A stretch of 64,000 nt of DNA, taken from the NCBI GenBank assembly GCA_963714015.1, contig OY970223.1, forward strand, positions 1,664,001-1,728,000, read 5' to 3'. Source of the stretch: Vulcanimicrobiota bacterium. Lineage in GTDB: Bacteria; Vulcanimicrobiota; Vulcanimicrobiia; Vulcanimicrobiales; Vulcanimicrobiaceae. Each line of letters opens with the position of its first letter. Within the stretch, counting starts at the first letter, position 1. The translations under genes were made by a program, and so were the position numbers. Below, piece after piece: positions 40,437 to 52,220 of the stretch. The notes under the pieces were generated by a model, which had not been told where the DNA came from, did no database searches, and saw only the letters and a program-made list of their open reading frames with translations.

Positions 40437-43400
40437 ATGCGCGCATCGGGCGCTTCGTCAAAGGACGGCAAAAGCGCGACTGCCCTATCTTCCAAGGCCG
40501 CTGCACATCTGGAACGTGATTTGCGCCAAGCTATCGAAGGCGAAGTGCGTTTCTCTTCGGGCGATCGGTCGATGTACGCCTACGATGCATCCGTTTATCG
40601 CGTTATGCCGCTCGGAGCCGTCATTCCGAAAACACTCGAGGACGTCGTTCGCTCCATGGAGATCTGCCGTGGTTACGGCGTGCCCATTCATGGCAGGGGC
40701 TGCGGCACCAGCCTTGCCGGGCAGTGCTGCAACCGCGGAGTTGCCATTGACTTCTCAAAGTATCTGCACGGCGTCGACATCGATAAGGAACGTAAGATCG
40801 CCCGCGTGCTGCCGGGCCTTGTCTGTGATTCGCTGGATAGCGCCGTTACCGCAGAGGGGCTCTTCTGGGGAATCGAGCCGGCGACCCACGATCACTGCAC
40901 CCTCGGCGGAATGATCGGCAACAACTCCTGCGGCACGCATTCGGTTATGGTCGGCAAGACGGTCGACAATGCTATCGAACTCGACGTGCTCACGTACGAC
41001 GGCTTGCGTATGCGCGTCGGAAAAACGCCGGAAGCGGTGCTCCGCGAAATCATTGCCGGGGGTGGACGGCGAGGGCAAATTTACCGTGACCTTCTCTCGC
41101 TTCGCGACAAATATGCCGACCTCGTCCGTAAGCGCTTTCCGAAGATCCCGCGGCGGGTTTCCGGCTACAATTTGGATCAGCTTCTCCCCGAGAACGGATT
41201 CAACGTGGCTGGGGCGCTCGTGGGCACCGAGAGCACGTGCGCGCTCACGCTGCAGGCGTGGCTGCAATTGCACGACCCGCCGAAGGTCAAGACGATGGTG
41301 GTGCTCGGATACGAATCGATTCCTAGAGGCGCCCATGACGTGCCCTTCATTCTCACCTTCAATCCCATTGCGGTGGAGTTCTTCAGCGGAAACGTCTTAC
41401 GCAATATCGATATGCACGGACTCCATTTCAGCGGTCGCAAAATGCTTCCGGGCGGCACGCATTTCGTCATCGTGGAGTTCGGTTCTCAAACCGGTGCCGA
41501 GGCCAAGGAACGGGCGCGCGCGTTCAAAACGGCCATGCAGCAGCGCGGCACCGCAGCCGGCTATGCGGAATTCGAAAACAAAGAAGACGAGGAATCCGTT
41601 TGGGAGATTCGTCGCCATTCGGCCGGAACGTCGCGAATGGGCATCAGCGTAGGCGTCGGCACCCCGGGATGGCCCAACTGGGAAGATGCAGCGGTACATC
41701 CGGATGTTCTCGGCGATTACCTCAGTGATTTTGAAAAGCTGCTGGCCAAGTACGGCTACGATGGAACGATGTTCGGCCATTTCGGGCAAGGATGCACGCA
41801 TTGCCGCATCGATTTCGATCTGCGCAGCAGCAAAGGCGTCAAGGAATTTCGCAAGTTCATGGAAGAGGCGGCGGATCTGGTGGTCTCCTACAACGGCTCT
41901 CTTTCGGGCGAACACGGCGACGGTCAAGGCCGGTCCGAACTGCTGCCAAAGATGTTTGGTGAAGAACTGATCACCGCATTTCGGCAGTTCAAGGCCATTT
42001 GGGATCCGCAAAACAAGATGAATCCGGGCATGATGGTGGACCCGTATCCGCTGGATCTGAATCTGCGCGAGGGAACCCGCTATAAGACCATCGATCTGCA
42101 AACCTACTTTCAATTTCCCGAGGACAAATTCAGTTTTGCAGAAGCGGCCAATCGTTGCTTCGGCGTAGGTAAATGCCGCCACCTCAAGGGCGGAACGATG
42201 TGTCCAAGTTTCATGGCGACGCGGGAGGAAAAGCATTCCACGCGCGGTCGAGCGCGATTGCTGCAAGAGATGATGCGTCCGGACGGCGGCGTCGAGCATA
42301 CCTGGCGAAACAAGGACGTAAAAGAGGCACTCGATCTCTGCTTGGCGTGCAAGGGGTGCAAGGGTGATTGTCCGGTCAACGTCGACATGGCGACGTACAA
42401 GGCCGAATTTTACGCGCACTACTACAAAGGACGCCCGCGCCCCGCAAGCGCGTATTCGATGGGCCTCATTCCCGTGTGGGCGCCGCTCGCGGCGCAGATA
42501 CCCGATTTGATCAACGCGATGATGGACGCGCCGCTTCTCTCCGGCGTGCTCAAAGGCGTCGGCGGCATTGCGCCGCAGCGGCAACTTCCGCATTTTGCAA
42601 CCGTACCGTTCGATCGGTGGTACGCAAATCACAAACCGAAGGAACGAAAGCCGGACGCGCAGCGCGTCGTCCTTTGGGCCGACACCTTCAATACATACTT
42701 TACGCCCGCCGTAGCCTGCGCCGCCGTCGAGGTGCTCGAGGATTTGGGCTGGTCCGTCGAGGCTCCCGCCGAGCGAGTCTGCTGCGGCCGCCCATTTTAC
42801 GACTATGGATTCCTAACGGTGGCCCAGCGATACCTGCGCGATGCCCTGAACAAGATGCAGCCGTATCTGCGCGATGGAACGCCGATCGTCGGATTGGAGC
42901 CCAGTTGCATTGCGGTGTTCCGCGACGAGCTGCTCAACATGTTTCCAAACGATTTGGACGCTCAGCGGCTGGCTCAGCAAACATACACCCTGGCGGAGTT
43001 CTTGGAGCAGCGCGCCGGTGACTGGCACTGGAAGATTCCAAAGTTGCACCGTCGCGCGCTGGTGCAATCCCATTGCCATCATCAAGCGGTCATGCGCTTT
43101 GAGGCGGATATGGCAGTGCTGGATAAACTTGGGCTGGAAGTGGAAAAACCCGATTCAGGCTGCTGCGGCATGGCGGGCAGTTTTGGATATGAAGCCGGAG
43201 AGCGCTATGACGTATCCCGGAAGTGCGCAGAGCGAGTGATTCTGCCGAAGGTTCGCGAGGCGCCTTCGGATACGCTTATTCTCGCGGACGGCTTCAGTTG
43301 CCGCGAGCAGATCGGGCAGGGCACGCAGCGGCAGGCGATTCATCTGGCTCAGGTTCTGCGTATGGCTCAAGAGCATGCGCGGGACGAAGAAAGCGTATTG

Positions 43401-43532
43401 CATGCGCTTGGAAACGGACTAGCGCGGTCGACGCGCATTCGCGAGGTTGCGCTGGGCGCCGGGATCGCCGTGTGCGCAGGAGCGGGCATTGCGCTCGGAA
43501 CCCAGATTTTCAAAGGAAACAATCACTCATGA
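40437..43532 (+). CDS. FAD-binding and Fe-S/CCG-domain oxidoreductase (YdiJ/D-lactate dehydrogenase-like)
   Basis: RGCGTSLAGQ, GGMIGNNSCG, SGEHGDG, CFGVGKC, CLACKGCKGDCP, CCGR, CCGMAGSFG. Confidence 0.9.
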   Translation: MRASGASSKDGKSATALSSKAAAHLERDLRQAIEGEVRFSSGDRSMYAYDASVYRVMPLGAVIPKTLEDVVRSMEICRGYGVPIHGRGCGTSLAGQCCNRGVAIDFSKYLHGVDIDKERKIARVLPGLVCDSLDSAVTAEGLFWGIEPATHDHCTLGGMIGNNSCGTHSVMVGKTVDNAIELDVLTYDGLRMRVGKTPEAVLREIIAGGGRRGQIYRDLLSLRDKYADLVRKRFPKIPRRVSGYNLDQLLPENGFNVAGALVGTESTCALTLQAWLQLHDPPKVKTMVVLGYESIPRGAHDVPFILTFNPIAVEFFSGNVLRNIDMHGLHFSGRKMLPGGTHFVIVEFGSQTGAEAKERARAFKTAMQQRGTAAGYAEFENKEDEESVWEIRRHSAGTSRMGISVGVGTPGWPNWEDAAVHPDVLGDYLSDFEKLLAKYGYDGTMFGHFGQGCTHCRIDFDLRSSKGVKEFRKFMEEAADLVVSYNGSLSGEHGDGQGRSELLPKMFGEELITAFRQFKAIWDPQNKMNPGMMVDPYPLDLNLREGTRYKTIDLQTYFQFPEDKFSFAEAANRCFGVGKCRHLKGGTMCPSFMATREEKHSTRGRARLLQEMMRPDGGVEHTWRNKDVKEALDLCLACKGCKGDCPVNVDMATYKAEFYAHYYKGRPRPASAYSMGLIPVWAPLAAQIPDLINAMMDAPLLSGVLKGVGGIAPQRQLPHFATVPFDRWYANHKPKERKPDAQRVVLWADTFNTYFTPAVACAAVEVLEDLGWSVEAPAERVCCGRPFYDYGFLTVAQRYLRDALNKMQPYLRDGTPIVGLEPSCIAVFRDELLNMFPNDLDAQRLAQQTYTLAEFLEQRAGDWHWKIPKLHRRALVQSHCHHQAVMRFEADMAVLDKLGLEVEKPDSGCCGMAGSFGYEAGERYDVSRKCAERVILPKVREAPSDTLILADGFSCREQIGQGTQRQAIHLAQVLRMAQEHARDEESVLHALGNGLARSTRIREVALGAGIAVCAGAGIALGTQIFKGNNHS

Positions 43533-45380
43533 GTACAGACAAAGTCGGGGCGGATCTTCTTGTGGAACGGCTTCTCGATTGGGGCGTCGATACGATCTTC
43601 GGTTTACCGGGCGATGGCATCAACGGATTCATGGAGGCGCTTCGCAAGCAGAAAGGACGCATCTGGTACATCCACGTGCGCCATGAAGAAGTCGCGCGCA
43701 ATGGCAGCGGTCGGATACGCCAAGTTTACCGGCAGACTGGGTGTGTGCTTCTCGACAGCAGGGCCCGGCGCAATTCATATGCTCAACGGCTTGCTGGATG
43801 CCAAACTCGAGCAGGCGCCGATCTTGGCAATTACTGGGATGGCGTACCATGACTTGGAAGGCACGCACTATCTGCAAGACGTGGATACCGACTACATCGC
43901 CGGGCCGGTGTGCGTGTACAACGAACGAATCATGGGGCCGCAGCACATCCACAACGTCGTCGATATTGCGATCCGCACCGCACTCGCCCAGCGTGGGCCC
44001 GCGCACATTGCGTTCCCGATCGACTATCAGGCGGCGGACGCGCAAGGCGGCTCGCGTTCGGAACGCAATATCAAGGGTCACACTTCAACGGTTTGGCAAA
44101 AGCCGGTCCAGGTTCCGCTGCGCTCGCAGGTCGAGGCCGCTTCAAAACTCTTCGAAGGCAAGAAGAAGATCTGCATCCTCGCCGGTGCGGGCGCGCGCGG
44201 CTGCCGGGACGAACTCGAAGCCGCGGCGGAGCGCCTCGCCGCGCCAATCGTCAAAGCGATGCTCGGCAAGGATTGCGTTCCCGATGACAGCCCGTATACG
44301 ACCGGAACGGTAGCGCTCGTCGGAACGAAGCCTTCGGAAGAAGCGCTCAAGGGCTGCGAGCTGCTGCTGATTGTCGGCAGCGGTATGCCCTATATCGAAT
44401 TTTACCCCAAGCCCGGTGAGGCGGCGATCGTTCAAATTGACGATAAGGCCGAACGGATCGGTTTACGGACTCCGGTCGATTACGGCCTCTGCGGCGACGC
44501 CAAGATGACGCTGCAAATGCTGCTCAACCATTTGCCGCGTAACGACGACCGGTCGTTCTTGGAACAGGCGCAGCGCGGCATGAAAGAATGGTGGCAGCTC
44601 ATGGAAGAGCGCGGAACGCGCACCGACGTTCCGATGCGGCCCCAAGTGCCGGCATGGCACCTGTGGCCTCTGCTGGCGGACGATGCCATTATCTGCGGCG
44701 ATTCCGGCACGGTGACGACCTGGGCCGCGCGTCAAATCAAACTGCGCGCAAATCAGAAATTTTCGTTCTCCGGAACGAACTGTTCCATGGCGGCGGGTTT
44801 GCCGTACGCCATCGGCGCGCAGGCAGCGTATCCGGGCCGTCAAGTCGTCGTTTTTACCGGCGACGGTTCGCTTACGATGCAATTGGGAGATTTTCTGACC
44901 TGCGTGCAGCATGGCTTGAACGTCAAAATTGTGGTAATCAAGAACAACACGCTGGGGCTTATCAAGTGGGAGCAAATGGTCTTTCTCGGAAATCCGGAAT
45001 ACGGGGTGCAGTTTGCGCCGCTGGATTTCGTGAAGTTCGCGGAAGCCTGCGGCGCGCGCGGCGTTCGCATAGAAGATCCGCAGCGGTGCGGCGATCAACT
45101 GAAGGAGGCGCTAAATATCCCCGGGCCCGCAATCGTCGAGTGCGTGGTCGATCCGCACGAGCCGCCTATGCCGGCCAAAGTCAAACGCGAACAGACGATT
45201 CACATGTATCAGGCACTCCGGCAAGGCACGCCGAATCGCAAGAAGATCGCGCTCACGATAGTAGGGGACGTCCTCGAGGAATCCGGGTACGAAGCCGCCC
45301 CCGCACTCGTGATTCCGAACCCTGTCGGAACGGTTGCCCGCAAGATCGTTGAAACGATAACGCGTAAGGACGGTGAATAA
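43529..45380 (+). CDS. poxB: ThDP-dependent pyruvate oxidase/dehydrogenase-like enzyme (frameshift ~43697)
   Basis: FGLPGDGING, HVRHEE, GPGAIH..NGL.DA, GDGSLTM...N ThDP motif; ATGA coupling to the upstream gene. Confidence 0.82.
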
Positions 45381-45416
45381 GTAGAAACTCCGGCAGAACG
45401 CCGGGAGGAGGTCTGC

Positions 45417-46721
45417 ATTCTCACCGTATTCGTTCTAGCGCTCATTGGCGGAGGACCGCCTCAGCAACTGCCGCCGGTGCCGCACAAGCAAGTTATTACG
45501 CTGACGCGAAAACCCGGATTTCACTCGGAGCCGGCCGTTGCGATCGATCCGCGCGACTCGCGCAACGTCATAGCAGCCTATCAGACCGACGGAAATGTGG
45601 CGTATTCGCGAGACGGCGGGCTCTCCTGGCACACCGTGGCCGCAATTCCGCACGACCACAAGACGATCGCCGGCGACGTGTCTCTTGCATTCGACGGCCG
45701 GGGCGATGCGGTACTGTGTTACATTGCATTCGACCGTTTGGGAACGGACGAATACTGGGCCCACGGCGGTTCGAGCAACGGCATCTTTACGGTGCGCTCG
45801 ACGGATGGTGGAGCGCGCTGGTCTTCGCCGGAGACGGTCGTTGCGAAGGCTCGGGCAAACACCGGCGTTTTCGAAGACAAGCCTTACGTCGTTGGAGACG
45901 GCTGGAGCTCGCGTCGCAATTCGTTTTATATCGGCTGGACCGATTTTCACCTCGGCTTCAGCCGGATGCTGTTCGCACGCTCCACCGATGGCGGACGCAC
46001 GTGGTCGACGCCGATGGCGATGAGCTCGATGCGCGGTTCGCCCCGCGACGACAACGGCGCGGACGAGGGTTTCGACGGCGCCGTCGGTAGGGACGGCACG
46101 CTTTACGCGGTGTGGCAGGACGGCACGCACGTGCTGCTCAGCATCTCGCGCGACGGCGGCCGTTCGTTCGAGGCACCGCGCGTCGTGCAAACGGTGCCGT
46201 CGATGTTCTTCGGCCTCGAAGGCTATTACGGACGCGGCGGCAACGGCTTTCCGCAGATCGTGATCGAGCGCTCCGGGCGAATGTACGTAAGCTGGGCGGA
46301 TTACCGCAACGGCGAGGTCGACGTCTTCGTCTGCTATTCGTTCGATCGCGGCTTGACGTGGAGCGATCCCGTTAAGGTCAACGACGATGCAGCGCACGAC
46401 GGGCGCGATCATTACTTTCAATGGCTCGCGGTCGATCCCGTCAACGGCGACGTGTACGTGATCTTCAAAGACCGCCGCGACGACGCGCATAACGAAAAGG
46501 AAACCGTAACGCTCGCCCGTTCGACGGATCGCGGACGTTCCTTCAGGAACTACGCTTGGACCGGCGTTGGAAACGATCCGGCGCTGCATTTCATGGGCGA
46601 CTACAACGGGATAGCGGCCTGGAACGGGCACGTCTACGGCGTTTGGACCGAAGCGGTTCCGTCGAAGACCCTGCGAAAGCCCACCGTCGTTCGCTTAGGA
46701 ATGGCGGATTTCACAGAATGA
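45417..46721 (+). CDS. Secreted sialidase-like Asp-box protein (probable ATT start)
   Basis: Six S.D.G..W/F boxes, DKP, GDYNG; hydrophobic leader from ATT after GGAGGAGGT. Confidence 0.8.
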   Translation: MLTVFVLALIGGGPPQQLPPVPHKQVITLTRKPGFHSEPAVAIDPRDSRNVIAAYQTDGNVAYSRDGGLSWHTVAAIPHDHKTIAGDVSLAFDGRGDAVLCYIAFDRLGTDEYWAHGGSSNGIFTVRSTDGGARWSSPETVVAKARANTGVFEDKPYVVGDGWSSRRNSFYIGWTDFHLGFSRMLFARSTDGGRTWSTPMAMSSMRGSPRDDNGADEGFDGAVGRDGTLYAVWQDGTHVLLSISRDGGRSFEAPRVVQTVPSMFFGLEGYYGRGGNGFPQIVIERSGRMYVSWADYRNGEVDVFVCYSFDRGLTWSDPVKVNDDAAHDGRDHYFQWLAVDPVNGDVYVIFKDRRDDAHNEKETVTLARSTDRGRSFRNYAWTGVGNDPALHFMGDYNGIAAWNGHVYGVWTEAVPSKTLRKPTVVRLGMADFTE

Positions 46722-47716
46722 GATGAACGTCACCGAATTCGTGCTGAAAGTATTCCGCCTTCGACGCTTCGGCATACGCGTCTTCGAGCATGTTAGGATC
46801 GAGGAAGGCTTGGAGAATCCACTGATGGGTTGCGGCGGAATCGTGGAATCCCGTAAGCAATCCGTCAACACTGCGCACGCGATGATTCTCGTCGATGATC
46901 AGATCGGTCCAGCCCGACGCGGGCAGAACCTCGCCGTCGCAGGAGGCGCTCTCCAGCGCCCGGAGCGCCGTGGTCCCGATGGCGATAACGCGCCGGCCCT
47001 GGCGTCGAGCGGCGTTCACTGCCTGCGCAGCTTCGTTGGAAACGAAGAAGCGTTCGATGGATGGACGCTCGGGTGCCTCGAAGCTGGCGACGCCGCAATG
47101 AAGTGTTACTTTCGCGATTTCGACGCCGCGGCGACACAGCGAGTCTGAGTACTTGCGGGGTGAATGGCCGGGCGGCGGACGCCATTTCGGAAGACCCCGG
47201 CCGGCGCGCAAAGATCGTCTGGTAATCCGACAAAGGGAATTCATCAGCGACGTAACCGTACCGGACCGGACGGCCGTACCGCGCTAAGTATTCGTACATC
47301 GGAAGGGGAAGTTGAAACCACACGTACCATACACGTGGACGTTCCGGATCGAGCGGCGCGATCAGCGCCGCCGAACCGCCGCCGGGCAACTGCAACTCTT
47401 CGCCGAGAAGTAGGCCCGATTTGCGCGGCTCCGCCAGCCACAATCGCGAATCGATTGCCGTCGCCACGTGCAGCGTCAGGCTTTCGCCGTTTGCGCGCTG
47501 AACCTCGAGCGCTGCAGGAACGGTTGCCGAGTCGTTGACGACGAGAAGGTCGCCCGGCTCTAGGAACTGCGCGAGATCCGCGAACCGGCCGTGCTCGTGT
47601 GTGCCGGCGGAACGCCGCGTTACCATCATGCGGACTCCGTCGCGCGCTATACCGCGGCGCTCGGGCGGAGCTGCGGCGCTGCGCAGTCCACCCGCGTATC
47701 GTTCCGCAACGCTCAT
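46711..47716 (-). CDS. QueA-like protein (divergent; frameshift ~47148)
   Basis: RDGVRMMV, GDLLVVNDS, YQTIFA, TLHCGV, IAIGTT..RALES, LLTGFH, HEFGD. Confidence 0.82.
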
Positions 47717-48438
47717 ACGCGCACCAGTTCTGCGACGCGTATGCGTTCGTAAGGTTCCTGCATCTGCGCCACCGCCCGCAGGATCGCCGCCGCCGACTCG
47801 GCCGGGTCGCGCAACTGATCGGGATCGGCATCGGGGATTGCGTCGCGATGCATCTGCGTATTCATATCGCCCGGATCGGCCACGAGCACGCGGATAGGGC
47901 CGCCGGCGATTTCGGCGGCGAGCACGCGTGAGACGTGTTCCAACGCGGCTTTGCTCGCTCCGTAGCCGCCCCAGCCTTCGTAGGCTTCCACCCCTGCGTC
48001 GGACGTGACGTTAACGATCGTTGCGAGGGGGCAGGTTCGCCGCATAAGGCGCGCAGCGTGCTGCGAGAGATGGATCGGTGCGAAGACGTTCGTGTCGAAA
48101 AGCCGGCGGAACGCTTCGTATGAAAGCTCGTCCACGCGCGGCAACGGAACTTCGCCCAGCGTCGATGCGTTATTGATCAGCAGATCCAAACGTCCCGTTC
48201 GGGCTGCTGCGGCAACGAGGACATGCGCGTGTTCTCTGTCGCTGACGTCGCCGGCAATGGCAATAACGTTGCCGATGCCTCGAAGCTCCTGCGCCGCCGC
48301 TTCCAGTGCGGCGGCATCCCGCCCGTCCACAATTGTCGTTACGCCCTGCGCGAGCAGAGCTGCAGCCAGCGCTTTGCCTAATCCACGCGAGCCGCCCGTG
48401 ACGATTGCCACGTGGCCCGCTTCAAACCAATTGCTCAT
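47713..48438 (-). CDS. SDR family oxidoreductase
   Basis: TGGSRGLG, NNAS, YGASKAAL, DPGDMNT. Confidence 0.92.
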   Translation of the reverse strand: MSNWFEAGHVAIVTGGSRGLGKALAAALLAQGVTTIVDGRDAAALEAAAQELRGIGNVIAIAGDVSDREHAHVLVAAAARTGRLDLLINNASTLGEVPLPRVDELSYEAFRRLFDTNVFAPIHLSQHAARLMRRTCPLATIVNVTSDAGVEAYEGWGGYGASKAALEHVSRVLAAEIAGGPIRVLVADPGDMNTQMHRDAIPDADPDQLRDPAESAAAILRAVAQMQEPYERIRVAELVRV

Positions 48439-48444
48439 ATCGAA

Positions 48445-48475
48445 ACCTTACAACCTCAAGTAAGGTTTAGGTCAA
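48445..48475 (-). promoter_or_regulatory. SoxR-activated promoter with sox box
   Basis: Minus strand TTGACC-19 bp-TAAGGT; box CCTCAAGTAAGGTTTAGG (48454-48471) resembles CCTCAAGTTAACTTGAGG. Confidence 0.85.
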
Positions 48476-48479
48476 TACC

Positions 48480-48926
48480 ATGGATCGACTTCTGACCGTC
48501 GGCGAGGTCGCCAAGCGCAGCGGCGTCGCCGTTTCCGCAGTTCATTTTTACGAGTCGAAAGGCCTCATTAAAAGCGTGCGAAGCGCAGGAAATCAGCGCC
48601 GGTTCGAGCGCATCGTGCTTCGGCGCATTGCCATCGTCAAGGTGGCGCAGCGCGCGGGCATTTCACTTGCCGAAATCCGTGCAGCTCTGGCGTCACTCCC
48701 TTCCGGCGAACACCTCTCGGCGCGGAATTGGGCCGCCCTCTCGAAGCGCTGGAAGGACGACCTGGACGAACGGATTTTGCGCCTGACGCAACTGCGCGAT
48801 CAGCTAGGGGATTGCATCGGCTGCGGTTGCCTCTCATTGCGCAGTTGTCCGCTGCGCAATCCGGGCGACGTACTCGCGCAAGAAGGGCCGGGCCCAAGAT
48901 TGCTCGAGCCTACGCCCGGCAGGTAG
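48480..48926 (+). CDS. soxR: Redox-sensitive transcriptional activator SoxR
   Basis: [35 protein letters not shown] [2Fe-2S] motif. Confidence 0.96.
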   Translation: MDRLLTVGEVAKRSGVAVSAVHFYESKGLIKSVRSAGNQRRFERIVLRRIAIVKVAQRAGISLAEIRAALASLPSGEHLSARNWAALSKRWKDDLDERILRLTQLRDQLGDCIGCGCLSLRSCPLRNPGDVLAQEGPGPRLLEPTPGR

Positions 48927-49040
48927 CGGCGGCTTACAGTCCGAGAAGAGCGCAAACCTATTCGATTCGTGCGGAGTGCCGGAAGTGATGGGCCACCGAA
49001 TTGAACATTCCAGGCCCGCGAATCGGTGCGCGCGTGCGCA

Positions 49041-50036
<996 letters not shown>

Positions 50037-50049
50037 TTGATGCTCCCTA

Positions 50050-52113
50050 TCAAGGATTCGTTTGTATTCCGATGCTGAAAAGTGAGGGCATCGCCCAGCG
50101 GTCGACGCTCGAACGGTAGCGCGCCGAAAAAATATTGCTGCCGCTTACGGAGAACGAAAGCGCGCTCGAGAACGGAACGAGAAAGCGCACGTCTCCGACC
50201 AGCGCGGTACCGAGCGGCTCGGTGTTCAGGTCGTCTGCGTACGTCTGTCCGATGTAAGACAGATCGGCGCCGGCGCGGACCCTCCCGGCGAGTGTTTCAT
50301 ACGCCAGCGATGCACTCGACCGAGGGACGTACTGCAGCTGGTCTCCGAGAATCGCCGAAGGCCCTTGCGTGACGCGCGCCAATTGCTGCGTGGCAAAGAA
50401 GCTCAATCGAGACTGCGCCGTCAGCGCATCCGTGAACGTGGCGCTGAGGCCGTCGGTTTGCGCCTGTGGAATGTTGCTGCGCAGCTCCTGCGTGGAACTG
50501 ATGGTGCGAAACATGATCGCATCGTTGACGACCGTGTGGAGCAAATCGGCCGAGAAACGGTACCTTCCGCTGCTCCAATCGGCCCCGGCGGACGCCGTCC
50601 AGCTTCGCTCGGGACTTAAATTGGGGTTGGCGGCATACGTAACGCCCGCGATGACGTAGCTGCGCAGCAGCTCGTTCAGATACGGTAAGCGAAATCCGGT
50701 TCCGGCTGACGCGCGCAGATTCCACTGATGCGTGAGCGCGTACCTTACCGCGGCCCGGGGGGCAAAGACACGATCGACGCGCCCGCCGAGAATCGTTTCC
50801 CAACGGCGGCTGCGCATCGTCTCTTGTAATGAAAGACCGCCCAAATTCTGACGGCCGAAGACGCTGCTCTGGACCGTTCCCGAACCGCTGTACTGATACG
50901 TCGCGCCGCGGATCCAGCGTCCGTCCGCGCGCATGCCGAATGTCGAAGCCGGCGAGTCGACCGTCCATTGAGCTATTGCGCCGCTCTCGGTTGTGGGGAC
51001 GTCTTGAAGGTAACGCAAGATGCCGGGTTTCGCCGGAAACAAGTCGGCGATGTTGACGATGTAGGCGTTGCGCTCGTAGGCGATCGCCGTAATAGAGCTG
51101 TGCTGCCCGGTGTGCGTAAAGTGCGTGTCGAATTGATTGAAACGGCGTCCCATGCTGTAGTTCGGGCGCCCTTCATCCTGAGCGTCCGAAGCGATCCGTT
51201 CTCCCGCTTCGATGACGTCGTTCGGCGAAAACGCGTATGCGGTTTGCAAATCCGCCGCTCCGCTCCGCGCAACGGCCGCAGTGTCAATCGGACTCGAGTA
51301 CCCGGGCGGTAGATCGAAGTATGAAGCGCGCTGCTGCTGCAAAGCAATGGAGGCGGCGAATCTTCCGCCCTCATTAGAGCGCGCGTTCAACCATTCCTGA
51401 CCGTAGGAATCGGTGCCCGCATTCAGCCCTCCGGCGATCTGCGATCCCGAAGCCCCGAATTGCGGTCGGTATGTGTGCAAGTCCAAAACGCCGCCGATGG
51501 CGCCCGTGCCGTACAGTGCCGATCCTGCCCCGCGCAGCAATTCTGCAAACGTTAAATCGCTCGACGGATAGGCGAGCCAATCCACCTGCCCTCCGAAACC
51601 GTCCTGTGCCGGGATCCCGTCGACCAAGACGAGTCCGCGATCGTTACCGGCACCGGAAAACGAAGCACGCAGCTGACCGTAATTGGTGAAGGCGCTGTTA
51701 CTGCGCTGCGGATCGAATCCGGGCAGCGTGCGCAGCAATGCGTCCGTAGCCGGCGCGCTGCTCAGTGCGATCGTCTCGCGATCGAGCGCGGCCGCGGCCA
51801 CCGGCAACGCGTGCAGAGTTTGCGGGGAACCTGTTGCGACATTGACCGACGCCACCACGGGAAGGAGCGGCTCGAGCGTCAGGTGTTGGACCGGCGCAAC
51901 TATCGCCGCGTCCGCCGGCTCAAAGCCTTTCGCCTGAACGCGCGCTCTGACTGCATCGAAATCGGCTGGAGCCCGCGCCGCACCGCCGGCGTCGCTCGAG
52001 ACTTGCACTGAATGGCGCGCCGAATCGATGAACGTTACGCTTGCTCCCGCGATCGGTGCGCCATTGGCGCCGGCCAAATACAGCAGCGCACTGACGACTG
52101 CAATCAAAAACAC
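50050..52113 (-). CDS. TonB-dependent receptor
   Basis: Plug [36 protein letters not shown] near C-terminus. Confidence 0.88.
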   Translation of the reverse strand: MFLIAVVSALLYLAGANGAPIAGASVTFIDSARHSVQVSSDAGGAARAPADFDAVRARVQAKGFEPADAAIVAPVQHLTLEPLLPVVASVNVATGSPQTLHALPVAAAALDRETIALSSAPATDALLRTLPGFDPQRSNSAFTNYGQLRASFSGAGNDRGLVLVDGIPAQDGFGGQVDWLAYPSSDLTFAELLRGAGSALYGTGAIGGVLDLHTYRPQFGASGSQIAGGLNAGTDSYGQEWLNARSNEGGRFAASIALQQQRASYFDLPPGYSSPIDTAAVARSGAADLQTAYAFSPNDVIEAGERIASDAQDEGRPNYSMGRRFNQFDTHFTHTGQHSSITAIAYERNAYIVNIADLFPAKPGILRYLQDVPTTESGAIAQWTVDSPASTFGMRADGRWIRGATYQYSGSGTVQSSVFGRQNLGGLSLQETMRSRRWETILGGRVDRVFAPRAAVRYALTHQWNLRASAGTGFRLPYLNELLRSYVIAGVTYAANPNLSPERSWTASAGADWSSGRYRFSADLLHTVVNDAIMFRTISSTQELRSNIPQAQTDGLSATFTDALTAQSRLSFFATQQLARVTQGPSAILGDQLQYVPRSSASLAYETLAGRVRAGADLSYIGQTYADDLNTEPLGTALVGDVRFLVPFSSALSFSVSGSNIFSARYRSSVDRWAMPSLFSIGIQTNP

Positions 52114-52220
52114 GGGCAGATCGCTTTTGCGCGATTGAAGGGAACCCTTTAGGGTGTTGCCCCGGGCCGCGGTTCGGATCGAGCAAGGCTCCGAGCGTCG
52201 AACCGCGTAGTTTGCATTTT

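Noticed and set aside
41397..46631. Long antisense ORFs such as 41397-42632 and 45435-46631
   Set aside because: They are shadows of well-supported plus-strand genes in GC-rich DNA and carry no motifs
46711..47716. Calling this canonical queA
   Set aside because: Key QueA motifs are diverged and there is no adjacent tgt
52114..52220. Riboswitch upstream of the TonB receptor (hairpin CGCGGTTCG/CGAACCGCG at 52168-52207)
   Set aside because: No cobalamin, TPP or Moco consensus that I could match; needs an Rfam search
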